Assembly: GCF_018228765.1 (NCBI RefSeq)
Contig: NZ_CP073695.1
Location: 2,309,218 to 2,341,217, forward strand
Direction: 5' to 3'
Length of the DNA stretch: 32,000 nt
Source: Halorubrum ruber
GTDB taxonomy: Archaea > Halobacteriota > Halobacteria > Halobacteriales > Haloferacaceae
Under the pieces are notes generated by a model. It made no database searches, had not been told where the DNA came from, and worked only from the letters and a program-made list of their open reading frames with translations. The translations under genes were made by a program, and so were the position numbers. Position 1 is the first letter of the stretch. The number at the start of each line of letters is the position of its first letter. Positions 9,912 to 18,733 of the stretch are shown here, piece after piece.

Positions 9912-9920
9912 TTTATATAT
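9912..9920 (+). promoter_or_regulatory. TATA box upstream of queD
   Basis: TTTATATAT about 25 bp upstream of the ATG at 9941 (leaderless arrangement). Confidence 0.5.
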
Positions 9921-9940
9921 TCCCCGAATATTCTTCGAGT

Positions 9941-10402
9941 ATGTCCCGAAGTATATCAAGAGATGAATCCGAATCAGACGTCCTTCGTGAGGCCGGCCAA
10001 CGAACCCTCCACATCGGAGAGGATAACCCCATCCGAATTAGCTCGGGCCACCGTATTCTCCACCACGACGGAAAGTGCTCGCGGCCACACGGCCACAACT
10101 ACGAGATCGCCGTCGAAGTTACCGGCGAACTCATCGAAGAGGGGTGGGTCGTCGACAAAGGTGACGTCACAGACGTCATCGACGCGTGGGATCACCGATT
10201 CCTTGTCGAGGAGGGTGACCCGCTCGTCGACGCATTCGAGGCGTCGGGCGACGGCGACGCCCTCGTCGTCCTCGATCACCCACCAACGGCAGAGGTAATG
10301 AGCGTGCTCCTCGAACAGCGAATGCTCGACGCGTTCCCCGACACCGTCTCCGACGTGTCGGTGTCGGTGAGTGAAACCGGCGAGCTCTGTGCGAGTTACT
10401 GA
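9941..10402 (+). CDS. queD: QueD-family 6-carboxy-tetrahydropterin synthase
   Basis: ISSGHRILHHDGKCSRPHGHNYEIAVEVTGE; WDHRFLV; HPPTAEVM; overlaps queE by 1 nt. Confidence 0.88.
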   Translation: MSRSISRDESESDVLREAGQRTLHIGEDNPIRISSGHRILHHDGKCSRPHGHNYEIAVEVTGELIEEGWVVDKGDVTDVIDAWDHRFLVEEGDPLVDAFEASGDGDALVVLDHPPTAEVMSVLLEQRMLDAFPDTVSDVSVSVSETGELCASY

Positions 10403-11178
10403 TGCCAGTCGTAAGCGATGTGGAAGAACCCACAACGGACGCTGACGCGGCTGGTGAGGGCCTCCCAATCAACGAGGTGTTCTACTCGTTGCAGGGTGAG
10501 GGGACGCTCGCAGGCGTTCCCTCTGTCTTCGTGCGGACTTCTGGGTGTAACCTGCGGTGTTGGTTCTGCGATTCCTACCATACGTCGTGGGAGCCGACCG
10601 GCGCGTGGCGCGATGTCGACACGATCGTGGAAGAAGTACAGTCGCACGAACAGGCGAACCACGTCGTACTCACGGGCGGGGAGCCGCTCATCCACGAGGA
10701 GTCCATCGATCTCTTGGAGCGACTCGACGCCGAGGGGTACCACACAACGGTGGAGACAAACGGGACCATCTACCGGGACGCACCAATCGACCTCGCAAGC
10801 ATCAGCCCGAAGCTGGCGAGCAGCACGCCGACGCCGGATCGGGACCCGAAAGGCGAGGGCGAGTGGGAAGAGAAACACGAGCAAAACCGGATCGATATGG
10901 ATGCGTTGTCCCAGATGGTCGACGACTACGAGACGCAACTCAAGTTCGTCGTGACCGATGAGACAGACCTTCCGGAGATTACGGACCTCGTCGATCGAGT
11001 GCGGGCGGCGGCGACGACGACCATTGCTGACGACGACGTGTTGTTGATGCCGGAAGGTATGACGCGGGAGCAACTTGACGGAACGCGAAGCCAGGTGGCA
11101 GAGTTAGCGATGGAGTACGGCTACCGATACACCCCCCGACTCCACGTGGACCTGTGGAATGACGCACCCGGGACATGA
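10402..11178 (+). CDS. queE: 7-carboxy-7-deazaguanine synthase, radical SAM
   Basis: NEVFYSLQGEGTLAGVPSVFVRTSGCNLRCWFCDSYHTSW with CxxxCxxC; VVLTGGEPL; TVETNGT. Confidence 0.92.
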   Translation: MPVVSDVEEPTTDADAAGEGLPINEVFYSLQGEGTLAGVPSVFVRTSGCNLRCWFCDSYHTSWEPTGAWRDVDTIVEEVQSHEQANHVVLTGGEPLIHEESIDLLERLDAEGYHTTVETNGTIYRDAPIDLASISPKLASSTPTPDRDPKGEGEWEEKHEQNRIDMDALSQMVDDYETQLKFVVTDETDLPEITDLVDRVRAAATTTIADDDVLLMPEGMTREQLDGTRSQVAELAMEYGYRYTPRLHVDLWNDAPGT

Positions 11179-11263
11179 ACGTCGCCTTGGTCGGCCCGAC
11201 CGATGGAGTGCCGTGGGGGCGTGGTGAACAGGACGACAATTGACTCAACACAACCGAAAATAC

Positions 11264-11953
11264 ATGAGCAATAAAAGCGCGGTCATTCTGGTTTCTGGCG
11301 GGATGGATAGTGCGACAGCGGTGTACGAAGCAATGGATCAGGGGTACGAGCCGTACTTCCTCCACACCTCATATGGGCAACGCACCGAAGACAAAGAGTA
11401 CGAGTGCGCACAGGCACTTGCCGAGGAGGTCGATGCGGCTGACTTCCTCCACATTGAAACGGGCCATCTCGCACAGATTGGGGCGTCGAGCCTGACGGAC
11501 GAAGAGATGGACGTCGCCGATGCTGACTTGGAGAGCGACGAAATTCCCACGTCGTACGTCCCCTTCCGCAACGCGAATCTACTGTCGATGGCAACATCGT
11601 ACGCAGAGGCGACTGACTCGGAGGCGCTGTTTATCGGAGCCCATTCTGAGGACTTCTCCGGGTATCCGGACTGTCGTCCGGCCTTTTTTGACGCCTTTCA
11701 GCAGGTGATCAACGTCGGAACGAAGCCCGAGACGGAAATCGAGTTGAAAGCGCCGTTCGTCGAGTGGTCGAAAACAGACATCGCTGAGCGTGGGTTAGAA
11801 CTTGGTGTCCCATACGACATCACGTGGTCGTGTTACCGGGACGAAGAGCCGGCGTGCGGGACGTGTGATGCGTGTGCGTTCCGGCTTGAGGCGTTCCGAA
11901 ATGCTGGGTCACGTGACCCGATTGCGTACGCTGAGCGACCTAAGTTTTCGTAA
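11264..11953 (+). CDS. queC: 7-cyano-7-deazaguanine (preQ0) synthase
   Basis: VILVSGGMDSATA PP-loop; VPFRNANLLSMATSYAE; FIGAHSEDFSGYPDCRPAFF; zinc motif SCYRDEEPACGTCDACAFR. Confidence 0.92.
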   Translation: MSNKSAVILVSGGMDSATAVYEAMDQGYEPYFLHTSYGQRTEDKEYECAQALAEEVDAADFLHIETGHLAQIGASSLTDEEMDVADADLESDEIPTSYVPFRNANLLSMATSYAEATDSEALFIGAHSEDFSGYPDCRPAFFDAFQQVINVGTKPETEIELKAPFVEWSKTDIAERGLELGVPYDITWSCYRDEEPACGTCDACAFRLEAFRNAGSRDPIAYAERPKFS

Positions 11954-11997
11954 TACTGCTTCAATAGTCATAGAGGCTGTCACTGTACTTTTTGAGA

Positions 11998-12399
11998 TTA
12001 GGATTTGTTGCTGGTGTCGCCAGTAAACTCATCCTCTCCGTTGAGTCGTCCCGTGACTCCATTTATAGCATAGATGAGTGTTGCTGCGACGTCGAACGCC
12101 TCTGTTCGTGACAGTCCCGAGATGGGCTTGGTCACGAACTCTTCTCCGTCCATATTCACACCAGTGATTGGAGTTACCGTATAGTCGCCATCGCCCATCG
12201 TCCCGTCAAGACGAACGAGGATTGTTTGATCGTCATCGTATATCCACTCAACGTAGTACTCATCATGAATCTCTTCGCTCCATCCTGACGGATAATAATC
12301 AAGACGCTCAGTTTCGCTTTCTGGCATGAGACGTATCTTGGTGTCGTCTACAGCAACAAATAAATCTGGTTGCGTGTCCTTCTGATGTAGTCCTCTCAC
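11998..12399 (-). CDS. hypothetical acidic protein
   Basis: 133-aa ORF (GTG start in track) lying between queC and a duplicated queC 3' end; DYYPSGWSEEIHDEYYVEWIYDDDQTILVRLDG. Confidence 0.55.
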   Translation of the reverse strand: MRGLHQKDTQPDLFVAVDDTKIRLMPESETERLDYYPSGWSEEIHDEYYVEWIYDDDQTILVRLDGTMGDGDYTVTPITGVNMDGEEFVTKPISGLSRTEAFDVAATLIYAINGVTGRLNGEDEFTGDTSNKS

Positions 12400-12421
12400 T
12401 GTATTAGCGCACGTGATTTTT

Positions 12422-12487
12422 GAAGCGTTCCGAAATGCTGGGTCACATGACCCGATAACGTACTCTGAGCGGCCAGAATTCTCGTGA
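12422..12487 (+). pseudogene. remnant of a second, diverged queC 3' end
   Basis: Reads EAFRNAGSHDPITYSERPEFS* in frame against queC C-terminus EAFRNAGSRDPIAYAERPKFS*. Confidence 0.85.
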
Positions 12488-12603
12488 ACCGCTTAATATG
12501 CGATTCAATCTACCACAGTGATCGGTACAATCTGCTGGTCTAGCCCAGGTGTGCTCCGTAGAGTAGCCGATACTCTGATGATATTCCTCTACCAATCAAG
12601 CCT

Positions 12604-12789
12604 ATGCCGAAGGTAAGCGTTGAAATCCCTCAAGAGTTACTTGACGATCTTGACGACCACGTCGGCGACGAAGGAAAATTCGTCAACCGAAGCGACGCGA
12701 TTCGCGCCTCAATCCGCAAAACGCTCGATCTGCTAGAGGAAATCGATGAACGACAAGGGCGGATTGACTCATCTGAGGCTGACGACTGA
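12604..12789 (+). CDS. ribbon-helix-helix (CopG-like) transcriptional regulator
   Basis: 61 aa; MPKVSVEIPQELLDDLDDHVGDEGKFVNRSDAIRASIRKTLD. Confidence 0.85.
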   Translation: MPKVSVEIPQELLDDLDDHVGDEGKFVNRSDAIRASIRKTLDLLEEIDERQGRIDSSEADD

Positions 12790-13006
12790 GATTTCTGATC
12801 GACATTGCTACTGTTCAACAGGAGAACTCACGTACCAACCAGCCTGGTAAATTCCCACAGTCTGCGGAGAATCTCTGTCGGATATAGAAGAGAGGCTACC
12901 CAGATGGGCACCACTTAGAGAAGATAGACCGAATTGATTCAAAAAATGATATATAGTTTATAATTCTAATGGAAAGATATATTTCATCACCTACAAACCA
13001 AAGAAT

Positions 13007-13732
13007 ATGGCTGATGATCCCGATATCATGACGGAGATTCTTGATGATATGAAATTGGATGACGATCGTGTCGATAATGAGTCCACCGATGGTCAATCCC
13101 AAAGTGAAGACATTCCGAATCTAGATGATTTACAAAAAGATGAGCGTCTTGAGCAACTAACCGAAGTAGGTCTTTTAACGGACGAAGAATATGATATACT
13201 GACTGAATATTATGATCGTACCACTAGTTCTGGCCAGCAAGAGTTCGGAACGCCGGTATACACCAGTGAAGGCTCAGAATTTGACTTTTCAATAGTTGGG
13301 GTTTTCCAAGATGTGAATACTAAAATTCTAACACTTCCGGAGTTCCTGAGCGTTGAGGAAGCTGACGATACCGAGACGTGGGATAATGAAGGGGGCCCTG
13401 GTCGAACGATTGTTTGTTTTCAGATTTACAATCACAGCTCCGAAGAAATCATGCTAAAACACAAAAATATCGAATATATCGGAGACAATGGAATTGCGTA
13501 CAATTATGACGGGAATCCATTAGTTAGTGATAGGCTTGAACCAGGCTGGCGAACCGATAACTGGGAATATATCGGACCAGATACAAGAATTCAGTACGCA
13601 TCTGTAATCGAGATGCCTGTGATTCCTGACTCATTGAAGCTCTCCGGATACTGGGAAGATACACATGAAATTGAACTAATAGATGACTTGTTTTTCCCAA
13701 AATCTGATTTACCGACTTCCGTTGAGATTTGA
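13007..13732 (+). CDS. hypothetical protein, acidic N-terminus, SHOCT-like segment, beta-rich C-terminus
   Basis: 241 aa; LEQLTEVGLLTDEEYDILTEYY, then FDFSIVGVFQDV...TIVCFQIYNHSSEEIMLKHKNIEYI resembling DUF4352-like domains. Confidence 0.65.
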   Translation: MADDPDIMTEILDDMKLDDDRVDNESTDGQSQSEDIPNLDDLQKDERLEQLTEVGLLTDEEYDILTEYYDRTTSSGQQEFGTPVYTSEGSEFDFSIVGVFQDVNTKILTLPEFLSVEEADDTETWDNEGGPGRTIVCFQIYNHSSEEIMLKHKNIEYIGDNGIAYNYDGNPLVSDRLEPGWRTDNWEYIGPDTRIQYASVIEMPVIPDSLKLSGYWEDTHEIELIDDLFFPKSDLPTSVEI

Positions 13733-13855
13733 GAAGCTGACTCACTCTTTACAGAACTTTCAAATCAGATAATCAATCGCTGAAAGCACGTATAGACCGT
13801 ATCAGAGTCAGAACTTGTCACCTGAGGGTGTCTCAATAGAGCCTCTAAGAAAAAT

Positions 13856-15463
13856 CTATCCGGCGAGGAGGTCATATCTACGCTTTACTTCTTGTAATGA
13901 CCCCGTGGATGTCGGAACACCATCAACATCGGCGTCCGGATGATTCCGAGCAGTTTCCGCAAACATCGAAACTCGTTCGAGTTCCTTCCGGATGAGTGTC
14001 CGCTCAATTTCATACTGATCGTCGGACAGCATTTCTGGGTGTCTTTGAGTATCTGGTATTGTGATGAAGTCATGAATTACGGCATATTTTTTACCTTCGT
14101 ATTTTCGAAGGATCCGTCCTCTTCGTTGGACGTATTGTCGTGGATTCGATGTACTTGCTAGGATGTATGCCGTCCGTGTAGCAGGAATATCAACGCCCTC
14201 GTCAAGACATCTAATAGAAGTTAGAACGTCAATTTCTTCCTCATCGAACCGTGTCAACAGCTGTTTTCGTTCCTGTTGATTTTCGCGTGCGGTAAAGCGC
14301 TCAACAGACAAGTTACACTCATTTCGGATTCTCTCTGTTGTCAGGTCTACGTGACGCTGTAATTGGCCATCAACCTCCAATTTGCCATCACTACAGTAGA
14401 CAAGCGTGTGCTTGGTATCTATCTCAGAATTCAATAAATCAATAAGCAAGAATAGCTTCTCACGAGCGGTACCAATTAATCGAGCTCTTTTAAAAAGAGC
14501 TTGCTGTAAAGCAGGATTCTGTTCAAGATTCAAATTCCCTTCTTTGTCATTCGATTTCCCTGCAAGTCGACCGATCTTTGTGGTCAAACGCATGTACTCC
14601 TCCATCTCTTCGTCCTGTAATTCGACTATATGGGGAATGTAGTAATACTCACATAGTGCACCGGCTTCGATAGCTTTCTCAAGTCCATATTCAAAAACGG
14701 TTCCTCCAAAATATGCATCCAATTCTTTCGTCCCTTCTTCATCATACCATCTTTCTGGCGTTGCCGAAAGACCAAGTCGGAGGTCAAACTGATCACTAAG
14801 TGCCTCCTGTGTCTGAGCAGCACCCATATGGTGTACTTCATCTGCAATCAGCATTGAATTCCCGTTAGCCCTTCGAATTGTTTTTCTCGCAGATTCTCCT
14901 GACAGCGTTCGGTGTGTTGTAACTACTACGCAGGTGTCACGCATTCCGTTGTTGAATTCTAGCAGCTCACGTTCAAGCCGAGGTTGCCAATTACGTCGTG
15001 ATTCAAAGGCAAGAACAGGGGTAGCACCGAAATCATCGAGGTTAGATTTCCACTGATTAACGAGATGTTGATATGGCACTGCGACGACGAGCAGGAATTT
15101 TTTATCGACAGACTGATCCACACGCGTCGCGGCAAGGAGGGCTGTGACCGTTTTACCAGTCCCTGTTGCCATTTCTAGTATTCCCTTTCCTCCGGCAGAC
15201 ATCCACTCTTGTATTGCTTCTTGTTGATATGGACGGGCTTCTATCCAATCAGGAACGTGGAGGCCCTCATGAGACATCTTATCTACCTCAAAATGGCCCG
15301 CTGATATATATCTAAGCCGTGATGTTAAATTCACCAAAGTTAGGATTCCAAAAGCATCCTTAGCGAGAGTTCGAGTTGTTTTGGTCAAGAGAAGATTTGG
15401 TAACGAGTACTCTTTTACCTCCTCGGGATCGATACGGTTGCAATGACAACGCTTCTGGTACAA
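13856..15463 (-). CDS. SF2 DEAD/DEAH (SSL2/XPB-like) helicase, resembling Dnd-system restriction helicases
   Basis: GILEMATGTGKTVTALLAA; MLIADEVHHMGA; LGLSATPERWYDEEGT; TSIRCLDEGVDIPATRTAYILASTSNPRQYVQRRGRILRKYEGKKYAVIHDFI. Start could instead be the internal Met near 15277. Confidence 0.85.
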   Translation of the reverse strand: MYQKRCHCNRIDPEEVKEYSLPNLLLTKTTRTLAKDAFGILTLVNLTSRLRYISAGHFEVDKMSHEGLHVPDWIEARPYQQEAIQEWMSAGGKGILEMATGTGKTVTALLAATRVDQSVDKKFLLVVAVPYQHLVNQWKSNLDDFGATPVLAFESRRNWQPRLERELLEFNNGMRDTCVVVTTHRTLSGESARKTIRRANGNSMLIADEVHHMGAAQTQEALSDQFDLRLGLSATPERWYDEEGTKELDAYFGGTVFEYGLEKAIEAGALCEYYYIPHIVELQDEEMEEYMRLTTKIGRLAGKSNDKEGNLNLEQNPALQQALFKRARLIGTAREKLFLLIDLLNSEIDTKHTLVYCSDGKLEVDGQLQRHVDLTTERIRNECNLSVERFTARENQQERKQLLTRFDEEEIDVLTSIRCLDEGVDIPATRTAYILASTSNPRQYVQRRGRILRKYEGKKYAVIHDFITIPDTQRHPEMLSDDQYEIERTLIRKELERVSMFAETARNHPDADVDGVPTSTGSLQEVKRRYDLLAG

Positions 15464-15877
15464 TCCTGTTCAGACACCAAAAACTCAGTCTCTACGCCCA
15501 CTCCGGCTCTTGATGTATATGATGGATATTTTTATAAAATTATCAAGAAGGCTATAAGAGAAGGAGAGTTTCGATCTGATATCGATATTCGAATTCTATC
15601 TGCAAAGCATGGTCTTCTCAAACCTAATGAGAAGATTCGATCCTATGACCGCCAGATGACTCAATCACGAGCTGCGGACCTTCGAGAGTCTGTCACAATG
15701 AATCTACAAGAACTGGTACAACAAAAGGAATACAACCGGATCGTTCTTAATATGGCCCGCGAGTATCGAAGTTCAATCGGAGAAATTCATGATTACCAAG
15801 GGCAAGTGAGTGAGATCTCTGGGAGTGGTATTGGCGAAAAGGGTGGGAAACTCAAGAAGTTCATCCGGGGAGACTGA
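15443..15877 (+). CDS. DUF6884-like small protein
   Basis: MTTLLVQSCSDTKNS...DIRILSAKHGLLKPNEKIRSYDRQMT...YNRIVLNMAREYRSSI; first gene of the TGT/GHKL operon. Confidence 0.65.
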   Translation: MTTLLVQSCSDTKNSVSTPTPALDVYDGYFYKIIKKAIREGEFRSDIDIRILSAKHGLLKPNEKIRSYDRQMTQSRAADLRESVTMNLQELVQQKEYNRIVLNMAREYRSSIGEIHDYQGQVSEISGSGIGEKGGKLKKFIRGD

Positions 15878-15881
15878 CTGA

Positions 15882-17123
15882 ATGGGATTCAAACAAAAAC
15901 AGCATGATAATAATGGATTTGAGATTGCTAATCAAGCAGGAGCAGCACGCACTGGGACACTCCAAGTTGGAGACACAGAATTAAAAACACCAAATCTCTT
16001 TCCTGTAGTGAATTTCTACGCAGGGGGGACCTCATCAAGCCTGTACGGGGGAGGCATACATCGCACAATGAAGGAGTTCATGAACGGAGATGAAGTCATA
16101 AACGGCGGTGACTACAGCGAATACTTTGACGGCGTGATGACGTCTGTGGCTTCTTTAACTGACTACGGGATAACAAAAGAGCGATATGAAGAGTACATTG
16201 ACACTCCAATCAAGGAGAGAGACCTGTTTGATTTTGACGGCGTTCTATTTATTGATTCAGGGGGGTTCAAATTCCTCGGAGACAAGACATTGGATGGTAG
16301 TGATTTTGAAGTCGATGTCGATCAGAGGACAATTATAGAGATTCAACGTAAGCTTGGTGCTGACCTCGTTTTGAATCTTGACCGCCCAATTGAGCCTGAT
16401 GATGATTACGAAACTCGGATTCAAAAAGCACGTATGACGGCACAAAATGTCGATCAATTCCTTGAATTGACTGACCGACAGAAACAGACACGGTACCTAA
16501 CTCTTCATGGGTACAACTACTCTATGCTGAATACGTTTCTCACCGAGATTGAGAAAGTAATTGGAAAAAACCGTGTACACCGAGAATTTGACGGCGTAGC
16601 TCTCGGAAGCCTGGTTCCGCTTAAAGATAACAAGGGTAAGTTGATCACTGCGGTGAGCGACTGCAGAGAAGTCCTCGACGACTGGGGCTTTGATGATCTT
16701 CCATTACACGTCCTTGGTATTTCTTCAAGCGCAATTCCACTGCTTGCAGCAGTTGGTGCGGATACATTCGACTCATCGTCTTATCTTCACGCTGCAATTA
16801 ACGGGAAGTATCATACGTCGTTGTACAATACAGAACCGCTTGATGACGTTGATTTCTCAAACTGTGATTGCCCAGTCTGCTCTGACGACAAGCTTGTGAA
16901 TTGGATGGAGGGTGATGCCGAGTATCAGAAAGACAAGCTTGGAGCAGTATCAATGCATAACCTCATAATACAGAAAGAGGAAATCAGTCGCGTTAGGGAA
17001 GCAATCAGCAAGTCGGGAACCGACGGTTTGATTGAATATTTCGAACAATCGCTCAGCCGTCACAAATCGATGCAGCAGCATGCACACAGGGTTGTGAATG
17101 ATTCTCTTGGAGGATACTTCTAA
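15882..17123 (+). CDS. TGT/DpdA-like transglycosylase 1 (putative 7-deazaguanine DNA insertion enzyme)
   Basis: GAARTGTL; LFIDSGGFKFLG; VALGSLVPL; LHVLGISSSAIPLLAAVGADTFDSSSY (predicted nucleophile Asp); CDCPVC...SMHNLIIQKEEISRVREAI (zinc site pattern). No PUA domain. Confidence 0.82.
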   Translation: MGFKQKQHDNNGFEIANQAGAARTGTLQVGDTELKTPNLFPVVNFYAGGTSSSLYGGGIHRTMKEFMNGDEVINGGDYSEYFDGVMTSVASLTDYGITKERYEEYIDTPIKERDLFDFDGVLFIDSGGFKFLGDKTLDGSDFEVDVDQRTIIEIQRKLGADLVLNLDRPIEPDDDYETRIQKARMTAQNVDQFLELTDRQKQTRYLTLHGYNYSMLNTFLTEIEKVIGKNRVHREFDGVALGSLVPLKDNKGKLITAVSDCREVLDDWGFDDLPLHVLGISSSAIPLLAAVGADTFDSSSYLHAAINGKYHTSLYNTEPLDDVDFSNCDCPVCSDDKLVNWMEGDAEYQKDKLGAVSMHNLIIQKEEISRVREAISKSGTDGLIEYFEQSLSRHKSMQQHAHRVVNDSLGGYF

Positions 17124-17125
17124 CA

Positions 17126-18679
17126 ATGTCAACAACAAAAACTCCCCAGGTAAATGAAGTAAACGAGTTCCTAGAAATTGCGAGTGACTTCGAAGATCCG
17201 CTCGAAGTAATCCGTGAATCCCTGTCTAATAGCTACGATGCAGGGGCTACTGAGGTCGAGATTACGATTAGAGACAGACCGATTGGATCCGAGATCGTGA
17301 TCGAAGATGATGGTGACGGGATGGACTATGCTGACCTAGAATCCTTCTTCGATTTGGGCAATTCGACGAAACGAGACCCGTCCTCTGATGCCATCGGCTA
17401 CAAAGGACATGGGACAAAAATATTCTATAAAAGCGAGGAGGTACTCGTCAATACTTCCAAAGAAGGAACGAATCTCCGTGCGCAAATGGAACAGCCCTGG
17501 GAAAAACTCAACAACCGAGTAATGCCTGAATACGAAGTTAGAGAACGCTCGGTGAAGGAGGGTAATAACGGGACTCACATCCGCATTACCGGATTCAAAT
17601 CCGGACGTGGATTCTCTCCTTCCTCACTTACTTATAATAAAATTGAACACTATTTGAAATGGAAGACGCTTGCAGGATCCACCGCTCACTACTTCACAGA
17701 TGACTATCACGAGATGGATATATATATCACGTTGGGTGACGAGATCGACGATACCCAGGAAACGCTCAAATTAGATAATAAACTCGAATTTCCCGATGAA
17801 CAGATTGAGCCCGGAGAAGGAAAATTTCCGGAATCAAGGATGTGTAAGCACTATCCACCTCGTGAGCTGACGGTGGAGACTGATGACGGAGATACAGCAA
17901 TTATCGAAGTAGTAGGCATGATTGGTGGGAAAGATGCTCGCAACGAACTCCCAACATACGGGAAGCATTCAGCGCAATTCGGGATCTGGCTTGCTAAGGA
18001 TTATATCAAAGTCGAACGTGTCAACGAAGTCATCTCACATGACAACGAGTTCCTCCACTTCTTTTTCGTGGCAAACTGCCAAGATATTGAGCTCTCTGCG
18101 AACCGTGAGAAAATCCGGAACAAATCGAGCTCTATCTACCAAGCAATTAAAGAAGAATTGAGCCACTATCTTTCCAAAATAGCTTCTGATCCTTGGTTCA
18201 AGGATTATCTCAATCAGCGACGAAAGGCCAAACTCTCGCGTCGAGCAGAATCTCAACAGTCTTCAGTCGAAGACCGTGAGAAGCGAATTCTCGATCGTGA
18301 GCAGTTTACTCCCTCTAATGATGCTGAGGTAGTTCTCGGTCTTGAAAGATCAAACCGGGAAGGTGCTCTCCCTAAGATTGTCGTTGAGGACTACGACCCC
18401 AGTGTAGAGGTTAACGCACTCGTCAAGCAGGATGATTCACTCTATGCGAGTTCGATCCATCATAAACTCACAGACCATTTTGAGGCAGACAAGCCTTTGG
18501 AGTCTGTTGATAAAATCATCTGCTGGTCGTATGGTGACCCCGACCAACTGAGTGAACTTGAGCGTCATGGATATCATGGGGGAGATATCACATTTGACCT
18601 CAATACAGGTCGGATTGAGTATCAGAACGGTCGAAAGCATAATATCCATATCGTTTCTGTCGAACAACGGTTTCAGTAG
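17126..18679 (+). CDS. GHKL ATPase (MORC/Hsp90-like N-terminal fold)
   Basis: VIRESLSNSYDAGATEVEI (N box), IVIEDDGDGMDYADLESFF, AIGYKGHGTKIFY, GTHIRITGF, ELSANREKIRN; starts 2 nt after the TGT 1 stop. Confidence 0.85.
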   Translation: MSTTKTPQVNEVNEFLEIASDFEDPLEVIRESLSNSYDAGATEVEITIRDRPIGSEIVIEDDGDGMDYADLESFFDLGNSTKRDPSSDAIGYKGHGTKIFYKSEEVLVNTSKEGTNLRAQMEQPWEKLNNRVMPEYEVRERSVKEGNNGTHIRITGFKSGRGFSPSSLTYNKIEHYLKWKTLAGSTAHYFTDDYHEMDIYITLGDEIDDTQETLKLDNKLEFPDEQIEPGEGKFPESRMCKHYPPRELTVETDDGDTAIIEVVGMIGGKDARNELPTYGKHSAQFGIWLAKDYIKVERVNEVISHDNEFLHFFFVANCQDIELSANREKIRNKSSSIYQAIKEELSHYLSKIASDPWFKDYLNQRRKAKLSRRAESQQSSVEDREKRILDREQFTPSNDAEVVLGLERSNREGALPKIVVEDYDPSVEVNALVKQDDSLYASSIHHKLTDHFEADKPLESVDKIICWSYGDPDQLSELERHGYHGGDITFDLNTGRIEYQNGRKHNIHIVSVEQRFQ

Positions 18680-18733
18680 ACGGCTGCAGGTAGCCGACTT
18701 TATCACATTCCGACTTCAATCAAAAGCCATAGA

